Part shown: piece by piece, positions 1 to 9,864 of the stretch
Numbering within the stretch: the first letter of the stretch is position 1
How the letters are laid out: every line of letters begins with the position of its first letter
DNA from: an uncultured Acidobacteriota bacterium
GTDB taxonomy: Bacteria > Acidobacteriota > Vicinamibacteria > Vicinamibacterales > SCN-69-37
Reading direction: 5' to 3'
DNA length: 64,000 nucleotides
NCBI GenBank assembly: GCA_963780895.1
Contig: CAWAEG010000009.1
Coordinates: 88,025-152,024, forward strand
Program-made: the position numbers and the translations under genes
The notes under the pieces: generated by a model
Told to the model about the DNA's origin: nothing
Database searches by the model: none
The model's input: the letters and a program-made list of their open reading frames with translations, nothing else

Positions 1-187
1 ACCAATCCGACCGTCGAAGGCGAAGCGACCGCGCTCTATCTGGCGCAGCTGCTCAAGCCGCTCGGCGTCCGCGTGACGCGCATCGCGATGGGCGTGCCGG
101 TCGGCAGCCGACCTCGACTACACCGACGAGTTCACGATGTCGAAGGCGATGGATGGGCGGACGGGAGATGTAGAAGGCCCTAGGTGA
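1..187 (+). pseudogene. recR: RecR recombination protein, C-terminal part (5' end outside window). Frame broken by one extra base near nt 109.
   Basis: Frame 1 from nt 1 reads [36 protein letters not shown] (RecR Toprim region). The expected continuation [17 protein letters not shown]... is readable only from nt 110 in the next frame, ending at TGA 185-187. Confidence 0.75.
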
Positions 188-203
188 AAAGCGCTCGCCG
201 AAT

Positions 204-397
204 CTGAAAAGCACATGTCGGTACGAAAGGAGTGAAAGGCGCTCGTCGGTACGACGGGTACGGCGGGTCCCTGGAACGAGACTGACGCTGGTCTTCTTAC
301 TTAAAAAAGATGACGAGCGTCAGACACGTTCCCGGACCCGCCGTACCGTCGTACCGACGAGCGCTTTTCACTCCCGTCGTACGACGGTGCTTTTCAG
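204..397. repeat. Long imperfect inverted repeat (arms ~90 nt, A/T-rich loop). GGTACG-word hairpin family, copy 1.
   Basis: Left arm ctgaaaagcac...cggtacgacgggtacggcgggtccctggaacg pairs with right arm cgttcccggacccgccgtaccgtcgtaccg...gtgcttttcag. It fills the spacer between recR and the 412 gene. Confidence 0.8.
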
Positions 398-411
398 ATA
401 TGATTTTTTGA

Positions 412-1044
412 ATGTTGCCCGCCCGCTACGCCGCGCCAGCAGCGCTGGTGCTCACCGTGGGCGGCCTGATCTCCTGTTTCGCCGGCTACCGGCTCTTCCG
501 CGTCGTCCTCGGTCTCTACGGATTCTTTCTCGGCGCCATGCTCACGACGTCCACGATGGGGACGTCGAACATGTGGTACCTCGTGCTGGCTGCCGTCGTC
601 GGCGGCCTCATCGGCGCTCTCCTCATGGTCGCGGCGTATTTCATCGGCGTCGGGCTCATCGGCGCGGGGCTCGCGGCGCTTGCCCTGAACGCGCTGTGGC
701 GGGTCGTCGGCGGCGGCGATCCGCCGACGCTCGTGCTGGTGCTCGTCTGCGTGCTGGGCGCGCTCGCCGCGCTGTCCGTCGTGCGGTACGTGGTCGTCTT
801 CGGTACCGCGATCGCGGGCGCCTGGACGACGATCGTCGGCGTGCTGGCGCTCACCGGCCGCGGCGCCATTCCGGGCGTCGGGGCGAGCGACGTCTGGGTG
901 TTGTATCCGCTCGATCCCGCGCCCGGCCGCTGGTGGGTGCTGGTGATCTGGTTCGCCCTTGCACTCGCCGGCGTCATCGTCCAGCTGTCAACGACTACGA
1001 AGACCGGGAGGAAGAAGCCCAAGGCGCGGCCGGCGGCAGCTTGA
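412..1044 (+). CDS. Polytopic membrane protein of unknown function (about six hydrophobic helices; DUF4203-like is only a guess), with a Lys/Arg-rich tail.
   Basis: 210-aa ORF with ATG at 412. It has repeated ~20-aa hydrophobic segments (LVLTVGGLISCFAGYRLFRVVLGLYGFFLGAML...). Overlapping ORFs in other frames are Arg/Pro-rich GC artefacts. Confidence 0.7.
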   Translation: MLPARYAAPAALVLTVGGLISCFAGYRLFRVVLGLYGFFLGAMLTTSTMGTSNMWYLVLAAVVGGLIGALLMVAAYFIGVGLIGAGLAALALNALWRVVGGGDPPTLVLVLVCVLGALAALSVVRYVVVFGTAIAGAWTTIVGVLALTGRGAIPGVGASDVWVLYPLDPAPGRWWVLVIWFALALAGVIVQLSTTTKTGRKKPKARPAAA

Positions 1045-1048
1045 GAAC

Positions 1049-1228
1049 GAGGCTCAAAGGCTCAAGGCCCAGAGCTCAAAGGCCGGCCCAAGATGCAAAC
1101 GATCGGAACACCTCGGATCCATTAGACAGACACGGAACGACATCAAACACCCGCGCCGGAGAGGCCGAGCATTCGGACTGACCCGAGACGATGCCTCCGG
1201 GCCTTTGAGCCCTGAGCCTCCGAGCCTC
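1049..1228. repeat. Hairpin element whose arms are degenerate 7-8-nt word repeats around a ~115-nt centre.
   Basis: Arm 1049-1084 (gaggctcaaaggctcaaggcccagagctcaaaggcc) is the approximate reverse complement of arm 1200-1228 (ggcctttgagccctgagcctccgagcctc). The element occupies the whole spacer upstream of osmC. Confidence 0.7.
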
Positions 1229-1253
1229 CCGAGCGCTTTTTCAGGAGCAAACC

Positions 1254-1694
1254 ATGCCAGCGTTTTCACGACACGCGACCGTTGATTGGAAGGGCACGCT
1301 GATGGAAGGAGGCGGCGAGCTCAAGGCCGGGACCGGGGCGTTCACGCTGCCGGTGTCGTTCCCGCGCCGGATCGGCGACCCGGAGGGCTGCACGAGCCCG
1401 GAGGAACTGATCGCGGCCGCGCACGCGACGTGCTACGCGATGGTCGTCGCCGGCGCGCTCGCGAAAGCCGGTGCTTCTACCAGGGGCACGAAGGTCACGT
1501 GCACCGTGACCGCCGACAAGAGCGACACCGGCATCAAGGTCATGACCTCGAAGCTCGACGTGGTCGCCGAAGGCCTGACCGGCATGGACGCTGCGACGTT
1601 CGAGAAAACCGCGAAGGAAGCCGAAGGACGCTGTCCCATATCGAACGCCCTAAGAGGAACGCTCGCGATTGAGGTGTTGGCGCGAGCGTCCTGA
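1254..1694 (+). CDS. osmC: OsmC family peroxiredoxin.
   Basis: 146-aa ORF with both conserved Cys contexts of the OsmC/Ohr fold (AAHATCYAM and AEGRCPISNAL). ATG at 1254, TGA at 1692-1694. Confidence 0.85.
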   Translation: MPAFSRHATVDWKGTLMEGGGELKAGTGAFTLPVSFPRRIGDPEGCTSPEELIAAAHATCYAMVVAGALAKAGASTRGTKVTCTVTADKSDTGIKVMTSKLDVVAEGLTGMDAATFEKTAKEAEGRCPISNALRGTLAIEVLARAS

Positions 1695-1703
1695 AAAACG
1701 GAG

Positions 1704-1859
1704 GTCGGTACGTCGGGTACATCAGGTACGCGGGTACGTCAGGTCCAAGGAACCTGATCCCCGTCAACTTCTTTGGTTTCATTCAAAGGAAGATGACTCC
1801 AACTCAGGTTCCAGGGACCCGACGTACCCGTCGTACCTGATGTACCCGTCGTACCCGAC
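1704..1859. repeat. Long imperfect inverted repeat. GGTACG-word hairpin family, copy 2.
   Basis: gtcggtacgtcgggtacatcaggtacgcgggtacgtcaggtcc... pairs with ...gggacccgacgtacccgtcgtacctgatgtacccgtcgtacccgac. It shares with copy 1 the words ggtacg / gggtccctggaac and the loop motif cttctt...aagatgac. Confidence 0.8.
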
Positions 1860-1872
1860 TCGCGCCAGCGCC

Positions 1873-2352
1873 TTAATGTGTTCGCGATCCCGCCGCCGTC
1901 GGCCGATGCGGCTCTGAAATCGCCGTCACCGTATTCGCCAGCAGCGTCACGGCTTCTTCACGCTGCCGGCCCGGCGTGTTGCGCGTCTGGCGCGCGACAT
2001 CGGCGAGCGACAGGATGCCGATGAGCGATCCGTCGTCGGTCACCACCGGCAGCCGGTGAATCTGTTTTTCCGCCATCACCCGTTCCGCCTGCACCACGTC
2101 ATCGTCGGCGACGCACGTGCAAACCTCGTGGGCCATCACGCCTGCGAGCGGGATGTCGCTGAGCGGCTGGTTCTGGAAATGCGCCGCCATGCAGAGGTCG
2201 CGGTCGGTGACGACGCCGACCACGCGGCCGTCGCCGTCCACGACCGGGACGATGCCGCAGTCGTGCTCCCACATGATCTGGGCCGCGGTGTTCGCGCGGT
2301 CCTGCAGGCGGCAGGTGTGAACAGGATGTGTCATGAGTTCGCTGACACGCAT
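1873..2352 (-). CDS. CBS-pair domain protein.
   Basis: 159-aa ORF with two CBS-like repeats (HDCGIVPVVDGDGRVVGVVTDRDL and IHRLPVVTDDGSLIGILSLADV). Confidence 0.8.
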   Translation of the reverse strand: MRVSELMTHPVHTCRLQDRANTAAQIMWEHDCGIVPVVDGDGRVVGVVTDRDLCMAAHFQNQPLSDIPLAGVMAHEVCTCVADDDVVQAERVMAEKQIHRLPVVTDDGSLIGILSLADVARQTRNTPGRQREEAVTLLANTVTAISEPHRPTAAGSRTH

Positions 2353-2509
2353 GTCGAGTTCCTTTCTTGGCCAGGCGGACGCGGCCGCAGGTCGCGGCGC
2401 ACGAGCAGCCTTGCGAGTTGAGGGGGGCCCAAGCCCACTCTATCAAGTCGCGCCGGCGATGGCGCGACGAGTTTGGCGGTTCGTCGGGCCGAACGGGCTG
2501 GCGGGTGGA

Positions 2510-2848
2510 TTAGCCGGGCGGCCAGGCGAGCGGTCTGCCGCCGAGGACGTGCAGGTGGATATGGAAGACGGTCTGGCCGGCTTCGGCGTTGCAGTTGAAG
2601 ACGGTCCGGTATCCACGATCGGCGTAGCCGCGTTCGGCGGCGATGGCCGCGGCGCGGCGGAGCATCTCGCCCGCCAGCGCGTCGTGGGATACGTTCAGAT
2701 CGTTCAGCGTCGGGATGTGCGTCTTGGGGACCACCAGGACGTGCATGGGCGCCTGCGGATTGATGTCGTTGAACGCAATCAACCGATCGTCTTCGAACAC
2801 CTTCGTCGCGGGGATTTCACCCGCGACGATTCGGCAGAACAGGCACAT
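2510..2848 (-). CDS. HIT family (histidine triad) nucleotide hydrolase/transferase.
   Basis: 112-aa ORF with the histidine triad HIHLHVLGG and the N-terminal CLFCRI motif. Confidence 0.85.
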   Translation of the reverse strand: MCLFCRIVAGEIPATKVFEDDRLIAFNDINPQAPMHVLVVPKTHIPTLNDLNVSHDALAGEMLRRAAAIAAERGYADRGYRTVFNCNAEAGQTVFHIHLHVLGGRPLAWPPG

Positions 2849-2851
2849 GTC

Positions 2852-5582
2852 TCAGGAATTCTGATCCGAAGACAGCCGCGTGACAAGGCCCTGCCGCCGG
2901 CGTTTCAGGAACAGGCCCTTGCGGGAGATGCCGAGCAGCTGCGCCGCATCGGCGACGCGGCCGCCGGACGATTCCATCGCGTGCTCGATGAACTTCTTCT
3001 CGAGCTCGGCCAGCGCCTGCACCAGCGGTTGATCGATGCGGACGGTGACGGCCGGGACGGTGACCGACGCGTGCGACGTCGGCCGTGAGTTCCAGGCCTC
3101 GGCGATTTCCGGCGCGAGATCTCCGGCGCCCAGCGTCTGTCCATCCGCGGCCAGCGCGACGACGCGCCTGATCTCGTTGGCGAGCTGCCGGATGTTGCCG
3201 GGCCAGTCGAAGAGCAAGAGCGCGGCGATGAAGTCGTCGCCGGGCCGCAGGCCGGTCCGCTGGCATTCGCGGCTGAATCGATCGAGAAACAGCGCGGCGA
3301 GCGCGGGAATTTCGTCTTTCCGTTCGCGAAGCGGCGGCAGGTTCAGGCGTGCGACCCCGACGCGATAGAAGAGGTCGCGCCGGAAGCGGCCCTGATCGAC
3401 GAGATCATCCAGGTCCGCGTTCGTCGCCGCGACGACGCGCACCGAGACGCGCTGGGGACGGACGTCGCCGACCGGGTGCACCTCACCGCTTTCGAGGAAG
3501 CGCAGGAGTTTGGGCTGGGTGGCCAGGTCGAGGTCGGCCAGCTCATCGAGAAAGACGGTGCCGCGCTCGGCCGCGCGGAGCACTCCGGGAAACGAGTCCA
3601 TCGCGCCGGTGAACGCGCCGCGGCGATGGCCGAACAGCTGGCTCTCCACGAGATCGCGTGGCATGGCGGAGCAGTTGAACGGCACGAAGGGCCCGCGCTT
3701 GACCTGGCTGTATTGATGGATCAGTCGCGCAATGATTTCCTTGCCCGTGCCGGTCTCGCCGGTGATGAGGACCGGCAGGTTCGTCGAGGCGAGCCGCACC
3801 GCGATGCGCAGGAGCTCGACCATCCGCGGCGATCGAAAGACGGTGTCGTCGCCGTCCTGCACGAGCGTCCGCGGCCACAGATTCTGCTCGTCGTCTTCGG
3901 ATTCCGTGTCCGCGGTCCGGTTGACGGCCGCCTGCGTCAGATCGGCGAGGCCCTTCAGCAGGGTGATTTCCTCGATCGTGTGCGCATCGCGGACATGGAT
4001 CGACACGCGCCGGTCGGATCCGTGAAGCCGGATCCGAAACACGCCGTTGGGATCGATGTCGGAGACGCTGGACGGCTCGGGCTGATATTCGCGCCCGGAC
4101 TCGCTCTGGATCTCGACCCGCGCGTTGAGCGACGTGCTCTGGAGGATCGCGGCGATCCGATGCGCCATGAGATCGATGGAGTGTCCGGCGCCGAGAATCG
4201 TCGCGACGTCGTTCAGCAGCAGTGCGGTGTCGGTCAGGTCGCGGCTCGGGCGCTCGACGGCGACGGTCGATTTCAGCGTACGGCTGATGTCGCGCCGATC
4301 GCGCTCGATCCAGGACTCGTGATAGCGGTGGCCGATGGCGCGGCACGCGGCGAGCGCGCGGTCGTAATGCACCTCGCCTTTGGCCGCGTCGCCGCGCAGG
4401 CTGAAGCAGAGCGCCTTGGATGCTTCGAGGACGATCAGCGGATCGACGGCGCCGCGCGGGCAGGAGCGGACGGCGGTCGCGAGAGCGGCATCCGCGCCGC
4501 CGTGTTTGCCCAGTCGTGCGAGCGCCCGCGCCTTCGCACAGAGCAACGAGGTGCGCACGGCTTTGAACTGCCGGCGTGCCAGCTCGGGGTCGGCCGCGTC
4601 GGCGACGGCCACCACCTCGGTCGAGTCTCCGATGGCTTCGAAGTAGGAGCACCGGGTGACGTCGATTGGCGAGGTCGTTCCAAGATCGAGCAGGCACCTT
4701 GTCGGCTGAAGCGGTGGACTGGCATTGCGCCAGCAGAGCGCGGCATTCTGCGGTGCGTCCCTGACAAAGTTCGACCAGCGCGAGGTTGTCGAGCGCGGCA
4801 AGCTTGACGTAAGTGGCTTGACCAGCGGATTTGAGAACAAAGTCGAGGTAATCGCGCGCCTTGGCGAAATCTCCGGAATGCGCCGCATTGAGCGCTAAGT
4901 TGGTTGCGGAACCCAGCTTGTAGGTCGAGAATCCCGCAGAATCGGCTCGCTCGAAACATCGCTCACCCATTTGCCTTGAGTGAACAAGGTTTCCCGTTAC
5001 CGAAGCCAGCGAGGCCTCGACCAGATCAACCGAACAAACCAATGCAGGATCTTGGACGTGACCGGAAAGCTGACGGGCAATTCCAAGGTGTCTGTGCGCA
5101 TCCGAGCACCGCCCTCGGCACCCCTCAAGACGCGCCACGGCCAAGTGAAGGCCGGCAAGTGAGCGCGCGTCCCCACTTAGGCATGCCAATTGACGCAGCC
5201 GAGTCAGCGCCGGAACCACTTCCTCCGGAGCCTGGAAATCCGTCTCTCTTACGAACAGGTTGAACGCGACGTTGAACTGAACGGCTGCGGCGCTGCGTCG
5301 GGACCCTTCAACCGCAAGCTTCAGTGTAGCGATTGAATCCACGGCGTTCCCCGAGTCAAACAACGCTTTTGCCCGAAGTACGAGCAACCGAACGGTTGAT
5401 TCGGCGTCGAGGTTCCAGCTGTCTGCTGATTCGCAATACTCAAGAGCGCTTTGTACTTGCCCCGCGCGATAAAGAGCTTCCGCACGTGACACATGCTCGT
5501 CGGGCGAACCAATGCTTTCGTGGTTCGGGAGGTGCAAATGGCGGGTGGTTCTCCGTCCCGCTCCGTCAGCTTTGTCAGCCAT
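2852..5582 (-). pseudogene. Sigma-54-dependent transcriptional activator (TPR-like N-terminus, central sensory region, AAA+ domain, Fis-type HTH). Frame break near 4690-4720.
   Basis: ORF 2852..4888 carries [22 protein letters not shown] and the C-terminal HTH AAQLLGISRKGL, but its first ~60 aa are Ser/Pro/Arg junk. The protein-like N-terminus (ATG 5582, ~290 aa of helical repeats) is in the frame of ORF 3543..5582. The codon phases of the two halves differ by one extra base. Confidence 0.8.
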
Positions 5583-5686
5583 CGTGTCCGGTCCCAGAAC
5601 GTCCGATTGGGATCCGGGACGATATCAAACCTTGACGTGCGCCGACAGCAAATGTCTGGGCAGGTCCAAAATGCGGCGGAAATCGT

Positions 5687-7622
5687 TCAGTGAATGCGGG
5701 ATCCAGGCCTCTCCGTTGGCCGGCTATCTTGGCGAGGTTCTTTTTGTCCTGAAGGACTTACAGCCGCGGCAAAGAGGGTCGCAGCACTCTCCAGCATTCG
5801 CTTGTGATCGTTATTGAAAGGGTCACTGCCGTAAGCGGTGATGACGCCAATCGGCGTCAACACAGGACCATTCAGAATCGGAACTGCCAGGGCGTACCGC
5901 AGAGGTACCGAGAAAGTTCGCGCGACTGGTCCCAATTCGAGTGCCGCGTTCGAATTCAACACGGCGTGTTTGTGAGCGTGTGCCCAGCCAGAAATCCGAT
6001 CGCCGATGGCGATCGTAAGCCCTTCGATGGTTGAGGTGCCGACGCCTGAACAGGCGATTACAGCGAGTTCATTCTTGTCATTCGGAACGAATAGGGTCAG
6101 AGTAGCAGCCGGGATAACTCTTCGAAGGTGTCTAAACAAAACGTCGGCCGCGTCCGTGACGGACGCCGTTAACGGCAGATCTCGACGAAGTTCGTTAAAC
6201 TCCCGTTCTTCAGCAGTAGTCGCAGCGATCACGTCGAGCTGAGACGGAGACAGAACCGGCGCTTCGGCGCCCGGAGTCACCAAGCTCTCCTCGGCGTCCA
6301 TCCGCTCAAGACGGTCAAGGATCCGTAGGAACTCATCCACGACCCACGGATCGTACCAAGTTCCCCGTCTCTCGCGCAGCACTTGTTCGGCATGCTGGCG
6401 AGTGTACCTTGGCCGGTATGGCCGGTCGGATGTGAGCGCATCATAACAATCGACTACGGAAAGAATTCGGGCACCGAGCGGGATGTCATGAGCCCGAAGT
6501 CCTTCAGGATATCCCGAGCCATTCCAGTTCTCATGATGATGCCGAACGATGGGTTCGACTGGATAAGGAAAATTGATTGACTTGAGAATGTCCGCGCCGA
6601 CTGCTGCATGCACCTTCATCCGCTCAAACTCGGCCGGAGTCAGCGGTCCTGGTTTATTTAGGATGTACCTCTGGGACCGCGAGCTTGCCCGTGTCATGTA
6701 GCAGTGCCGCCGCTCTCAGAGCGTCTAGCTGTTTTGGATCCTTAATCCCCAGGGCCTCCGCAAGCGTCATCGTGTAACGCTGTACGCGTCGAATGTGACC
6801 ATGAGTCACCTGGTCCTTGGCGTCGATGGCAAGCGCCAGAGCTTCGATAGTTGACAGGAACACTCTGTTCAGTTCGGCAACCTTCTGGCGTTCCGACTCG
6901 ACCCTTTTGTTTGACCATTGGTACGCCAAGAAAAGAAGAATCAATAAAGGAATGATCGCGGCAACGAAAATTGGGTCGACGGTCCGCGTGTTATATACGA
7001 GCAGAGCACCGATAGAACCGCCGGCGCCATAGTTCACAAGCAGGTCGCGGCAGTACTTCGTCCAGAGCTCATACGGACGCATCTGCCGCTGAAGAGCGAT
7101 CGCAATTGTCAAAAGCCAGCTAATCAGGAAGAAGTAGACGGTTGTGAAGATCGCGAGCTTGGCAACAAACCAGAAGTCCAGCTTCGTAACCGCTGGGTCG
7201 GTCTCAAACAGCGGCGTGATGCCTGCAATTTGGGCGGCGAGCCAGACAGCGACAGGACCAGCGGAGGCGTTAAAAATAATTTGTTTCCATTGAATGCGCC
7301 GCGAAAAACGGAGCCGCAGCGACATGAACAGCGCGTCAATCAGGATAAGGACCGTTCCACCGGCCGCACCGAAGAGAAGCGTGCCCGCAATGACGAACGT
7401 CTCGGAAATCGAAATGCTGATACTGACGTTGGGCAGCGTAACCGGGATCAGGCCACTGACAACCGTGAGCGCGACTAGCGAGAACCACTGAACGCGAAAG
7501 TCCGGGCCTTGATTGACGAGCTCAAACGTACTGAGAGAAACCACCACCGCGCCGACAGCGGCGACGACGGCCACATATGTGGAGAGAGTGCCTGAAGGAG
7601 GCGATCCTGGGGAATCCGACAT
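5687..7622 (-). pseudogene. 7TM-receptor / HD-GYP phosphodiesterase / GAF protein. Frame broken by one extra base at 6668.
   Basis: ORF 6654..7622 has about 7 hydrophobic helices followed by LLHDTGKLAVPE. ORF 5687..6697 continues in another frame with YILNKPGPLTPAEFERMKVH...HHHENWNGSGYPEGL (HD-GYP) and a C-terminal GAF-like region. Confidence 0.8.
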
Positions 7623-7667
7623 GCTGGCGGTTAAGTTCCAAGCGGCTGCCGGATTGGGACGTCAGCT

Positions 7668-7683
7668 TGGCAACCAGCTAGCT
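7668..7683 (+). promoter_or_regulatory. Sigma-54-like -24/-12 motif (TGGCAaccagcTaGCT). No obvious downstream gene on this strand.
   Basis: GG and GC are at the canonical 10-nt offset of TGGCACG-N4-TTGCW. The motif lies in the AT-rich spacer between two minus-strand genes. Confidence 0.25.
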
Positions 7684-7760
7684 CCAGACAATTATTCGGC
7701 TCTTCATTTCACACCCACTAGTCCGATTCGAGGGCTGGGGAGCGATCGAGGCAGGTCTAA

Positions 7761-7776
7761 CCCAAAAGGCGTGCCG
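7761..7776 (-). promoter_or_regulatory. Sigma-54-like -24/-12 motif (minus strand cGGCACGccttTTGg), ~140 nt upstream of the HD-GYP gene.
   Basis: GGCACG and TTG match the consensus, but the conserved -12 C is replaced by G. A sigma-54 activator gene lies adjacent. Confidence 0.3.
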
Positions 7777-7928
7777 ATGTAATTACAGAAAGGTAGGCGG
7801 TGCTAACTTGTTGGATCTGAGTGATTAAGCGCCAAGATGACCCGAAGGCTTGATTACTTAGCTCCAGATAACGATCTCTTTTGTCACCATACTCGCCTCG
7901 GCCTTACAAAACTGCTCATGGTTCGAAT

Positions 7929-9662
7929 TTAGTACCAAGGGTCGTCTTCGCGAACCGCACCGCCCCAAATCATTCCGCCACCCCAAATCATTCCCCCGCC
8001 CCAAATCATCCCCTCGCCCGAAATCGACTTGCCGCCCCAAATCATGCCGTCGCCTGAGATGGCTTCGCCGCCCCAAATCATTCCGCCGCCCCAGATCATT
8101 CCGCCACCCCAGATCATCCCGCCGCCCCAGATCATCCCGCCGCCCCAGATCATTCCGCCACCCCAGATCATTCCGCCACCCCAGATCATTCCGTTGCTCC
8201 AGACTGATCCGTCGACGAAATACAATTGACCGGCGTGGACTTCTTCTCCTCCAATGACGTTCCACGGCTGGAGTTGGGTGCCCTTAGCCTGGACAAGTGC
8301 GGCAGCCAGCGCGACGTTCACACTGCCTGCGCCTTGTTCGGCCAGACCGTAACCAGGGACAAACTGGGCGGAGATCTGCAAGGCGAACTTGGCCTCGCGC
8401 GGAGTCAGCTTCGGTTGGGCTTGGAGGATCTGCGCCACTGCGCCAGAAACTACGGCCGCTGCCATGCTAGTTCCCGACAACTTGAGGTAGGTCCCACCGG
8501 CCGACCCGTACATCCGTCTCTGTGGGTGGTCCCGCCACAACGAACTGCTCTCTGAGATAGCGGCCACGATGGCGTTTCCAGGCGCTACAACGTCTGGCTT
8601 CATCTGCCATGATTCGGGCGAATCCGGCGATCCCACCGGCCCGCGCGAGCTGAACGTCGCCAGAATGTCATCCGATCGCTCGACCGTGCCGCGCGTATTC
8701 AGTGCGCCAACCGTGAGCGCTCCGGGCGTGTAACCTGGCGAAATAATCGCCCCCACGATCGGCGTGCCATCCTCGAGCTTGCCCAGATTGCCCGCCGACG
8801 CGACGACGACGAGCCCGGCGTCCACCGCCTGCTCGACGGCCTTCGCCATCGGGTCATCCATCGGTGACCCGGACGCGGGATGGCCGAGCGACAGGTTGAT
8901 GACGCGAATCTTGAATTTGTCCCTGTTGGCGATCGTCCACTCGATCGCCTCGAGCACGTCCGAGACGTACCCCGATCCGTCTTCGCCCAGGACCTTCAGG
9001 CTGATCAGGTGCGCGCCCGGCGCCATGCCGACGTACTCGCTGCCTTCGGCCGTCCGGCTGCCGGCGCCGCTGCCCGCGATGATGCTCGCGACGTGTGTGC
9101 CGTGCCCGTACGCGTCGGCTGCGTCAACTTGCTCGGCGTTGAGCTCGCCACGGAAATCGAGCGACAGCGCCAGCCGATTCGCCAGATCCGCGTGCCGTGC
9201 GATGCCCGAATCAATGACCGCGACGCCGATGCCCTTGCCCGTGATTCCGCTGAAGTTCCCCGACTTGCCGGCCGCCTTCCAGAGCTGGCTGGCGCCCGTC
9301 GACTGCGCCGTCACCCCGCTCATCCCGACGACGCGGTCGTCCTGCGAAAGCGCCGCGACCTTGGCGTCGAGCGCGAGCAAACGGATTTGATCCGCCGACC
9401 CGCTCAGGACGGCTCCCGACCCGAGACGCTTCTCGACCCGCACCCGGTACGTCGCGGCCAGACGGTTCACCTCCGCCTGGGGCCCTTCGTACACGACATC
9501 CAGCCGGGCGGCGCCCGCCGCAAGCTGGTGCTCGAGCCCTCGTGAGAGCTTCGCCCGATGCTGTGCCGTGGCCGGTAGCGGTGCCGCAAGGATTCCCGCC
9601 ACCAGGCCGATAAACGTAATCAGCCGGGCGCGGTCGACCGTGGGGAACGGTAGGCGACTCAT
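7929..9662 (-). CDS. Secreted subtilisin-family (S8) serine protease with an I9-like propeptide and a C-terminal MIWGGG hexapeptide-repeat domain.
   Basis: Catalytic contexts VAVIDSGI (Asp), HGTHVASIIAG (His), VINLSLG (Asn) and SGTSMAAAVVSG (Ser). The signal-like start MSRLPFPTVDRARLITFIGLVAGILAAPLPATA begins at ATG 9662; the ORF track extends to 9713. Confidence 0.85.
   Translation of the reverse strand: MSRLPFPTVDRARLITFIGLVAGILAAPLPATAQHRAKLSRGLEHQLAAGAARLDVVYEGPQAEVNRLAATYRVRVEKRLGSGAVLSGSADQIRLLALDAKVAALSQDDRVVGMSGVTAQSTGASQLWKAAGKSGNFSGITGKGIGVAVIDSGIARHADLANRLALSLDFRGELNAEQVDAADAYGHGTHVASIIAGSGAGSRTAEGSEYVGMAPGAHLISLKVLGEDGSGYVSDVLEAIEWTIANRDKFKIRVINLSLGHPASGSPMDDPMAKAVEQAVDAGLVVVASAGNLGKLEDGTPIVGAIISPGYTPGALTVGALNTRGTVERSDDILATFSSRGPVGSPDSPESWQMKPDVVAPGNAIVAAISESSSLWRDHPQRRMYGSAGGTYLKLSGTSMAAAVVSGAVAQILQAQPKLTPREAKFALQISAQFVPGYGLAEQGAGSVNVALAAALVQAKGTQLQPWNVIGGEEVHAGQLYFVDGSVWSNGMIWGGGMIWGGGMIWGGGMIWGGGMIWGGGMIWGGGMIWGGEAISGDGMIWGGKSISGEGMIWGGGMIWGGGMIWGGAVREDDPWY
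7959..8199 (-). repeat. Tandem 18-bp coding repeat (about 13-14 units) encoding (G)MIWGG(G).
   Basis: Plus-strand units ccgccNccccaRatcatN recur head to tail. The translation has 12 MIWGG(G) units plus two variants (EAISGD, KSISGE), all in frame within the protease. Confidence 0.9.
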
Positions 9663-9864
9663 TTTATGCGTCCTGAACGCTAAAGACACCGAAGTGGGAG
9701 AACCGCGCGCCACTTACGAGCATGTACTGTACCAACGAATCTGTATTACAAAGCTTGGATTTCCGCTTAGTTCTTGAGCAGAAACCACTTGGAGCCTGCC
9801 TGATCACCGACAAATCCGGAAGTTTGATCACAAAACCGAAAGCCGAATCACGGACTTGGAATTC

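Noticed and set aside
3543-5582. 679-aa ORF as an independent gene overlapping the sigma-54 activator.
   Set aside because: Only its first ~290 aa look like protein (helical TPR-like repeats). The remainder is Arg/Pro-rich out-of-frame reading of the activator. It is better explained as the N-terminus of the same gene, displaced by a single-base frame break.
7915-7930. GGTTCGAAT, a T-loop-like motif suggesting a tRNA.
   Set aside because: The flanking bases cannot form a T-stem (catgg vs ttagt), and no acceptor or anticodon arm can be drawn. The motif overlaps the protease stop region.
7959-8199. Regular 18-bp repeat array as a possible CRISPR or other non-coding array.
   Set aside because: The units are contiguous with no spacers. 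They are in frame within the protease ORF and encode a coherent hexapeptide repeat. No cas genes are present.
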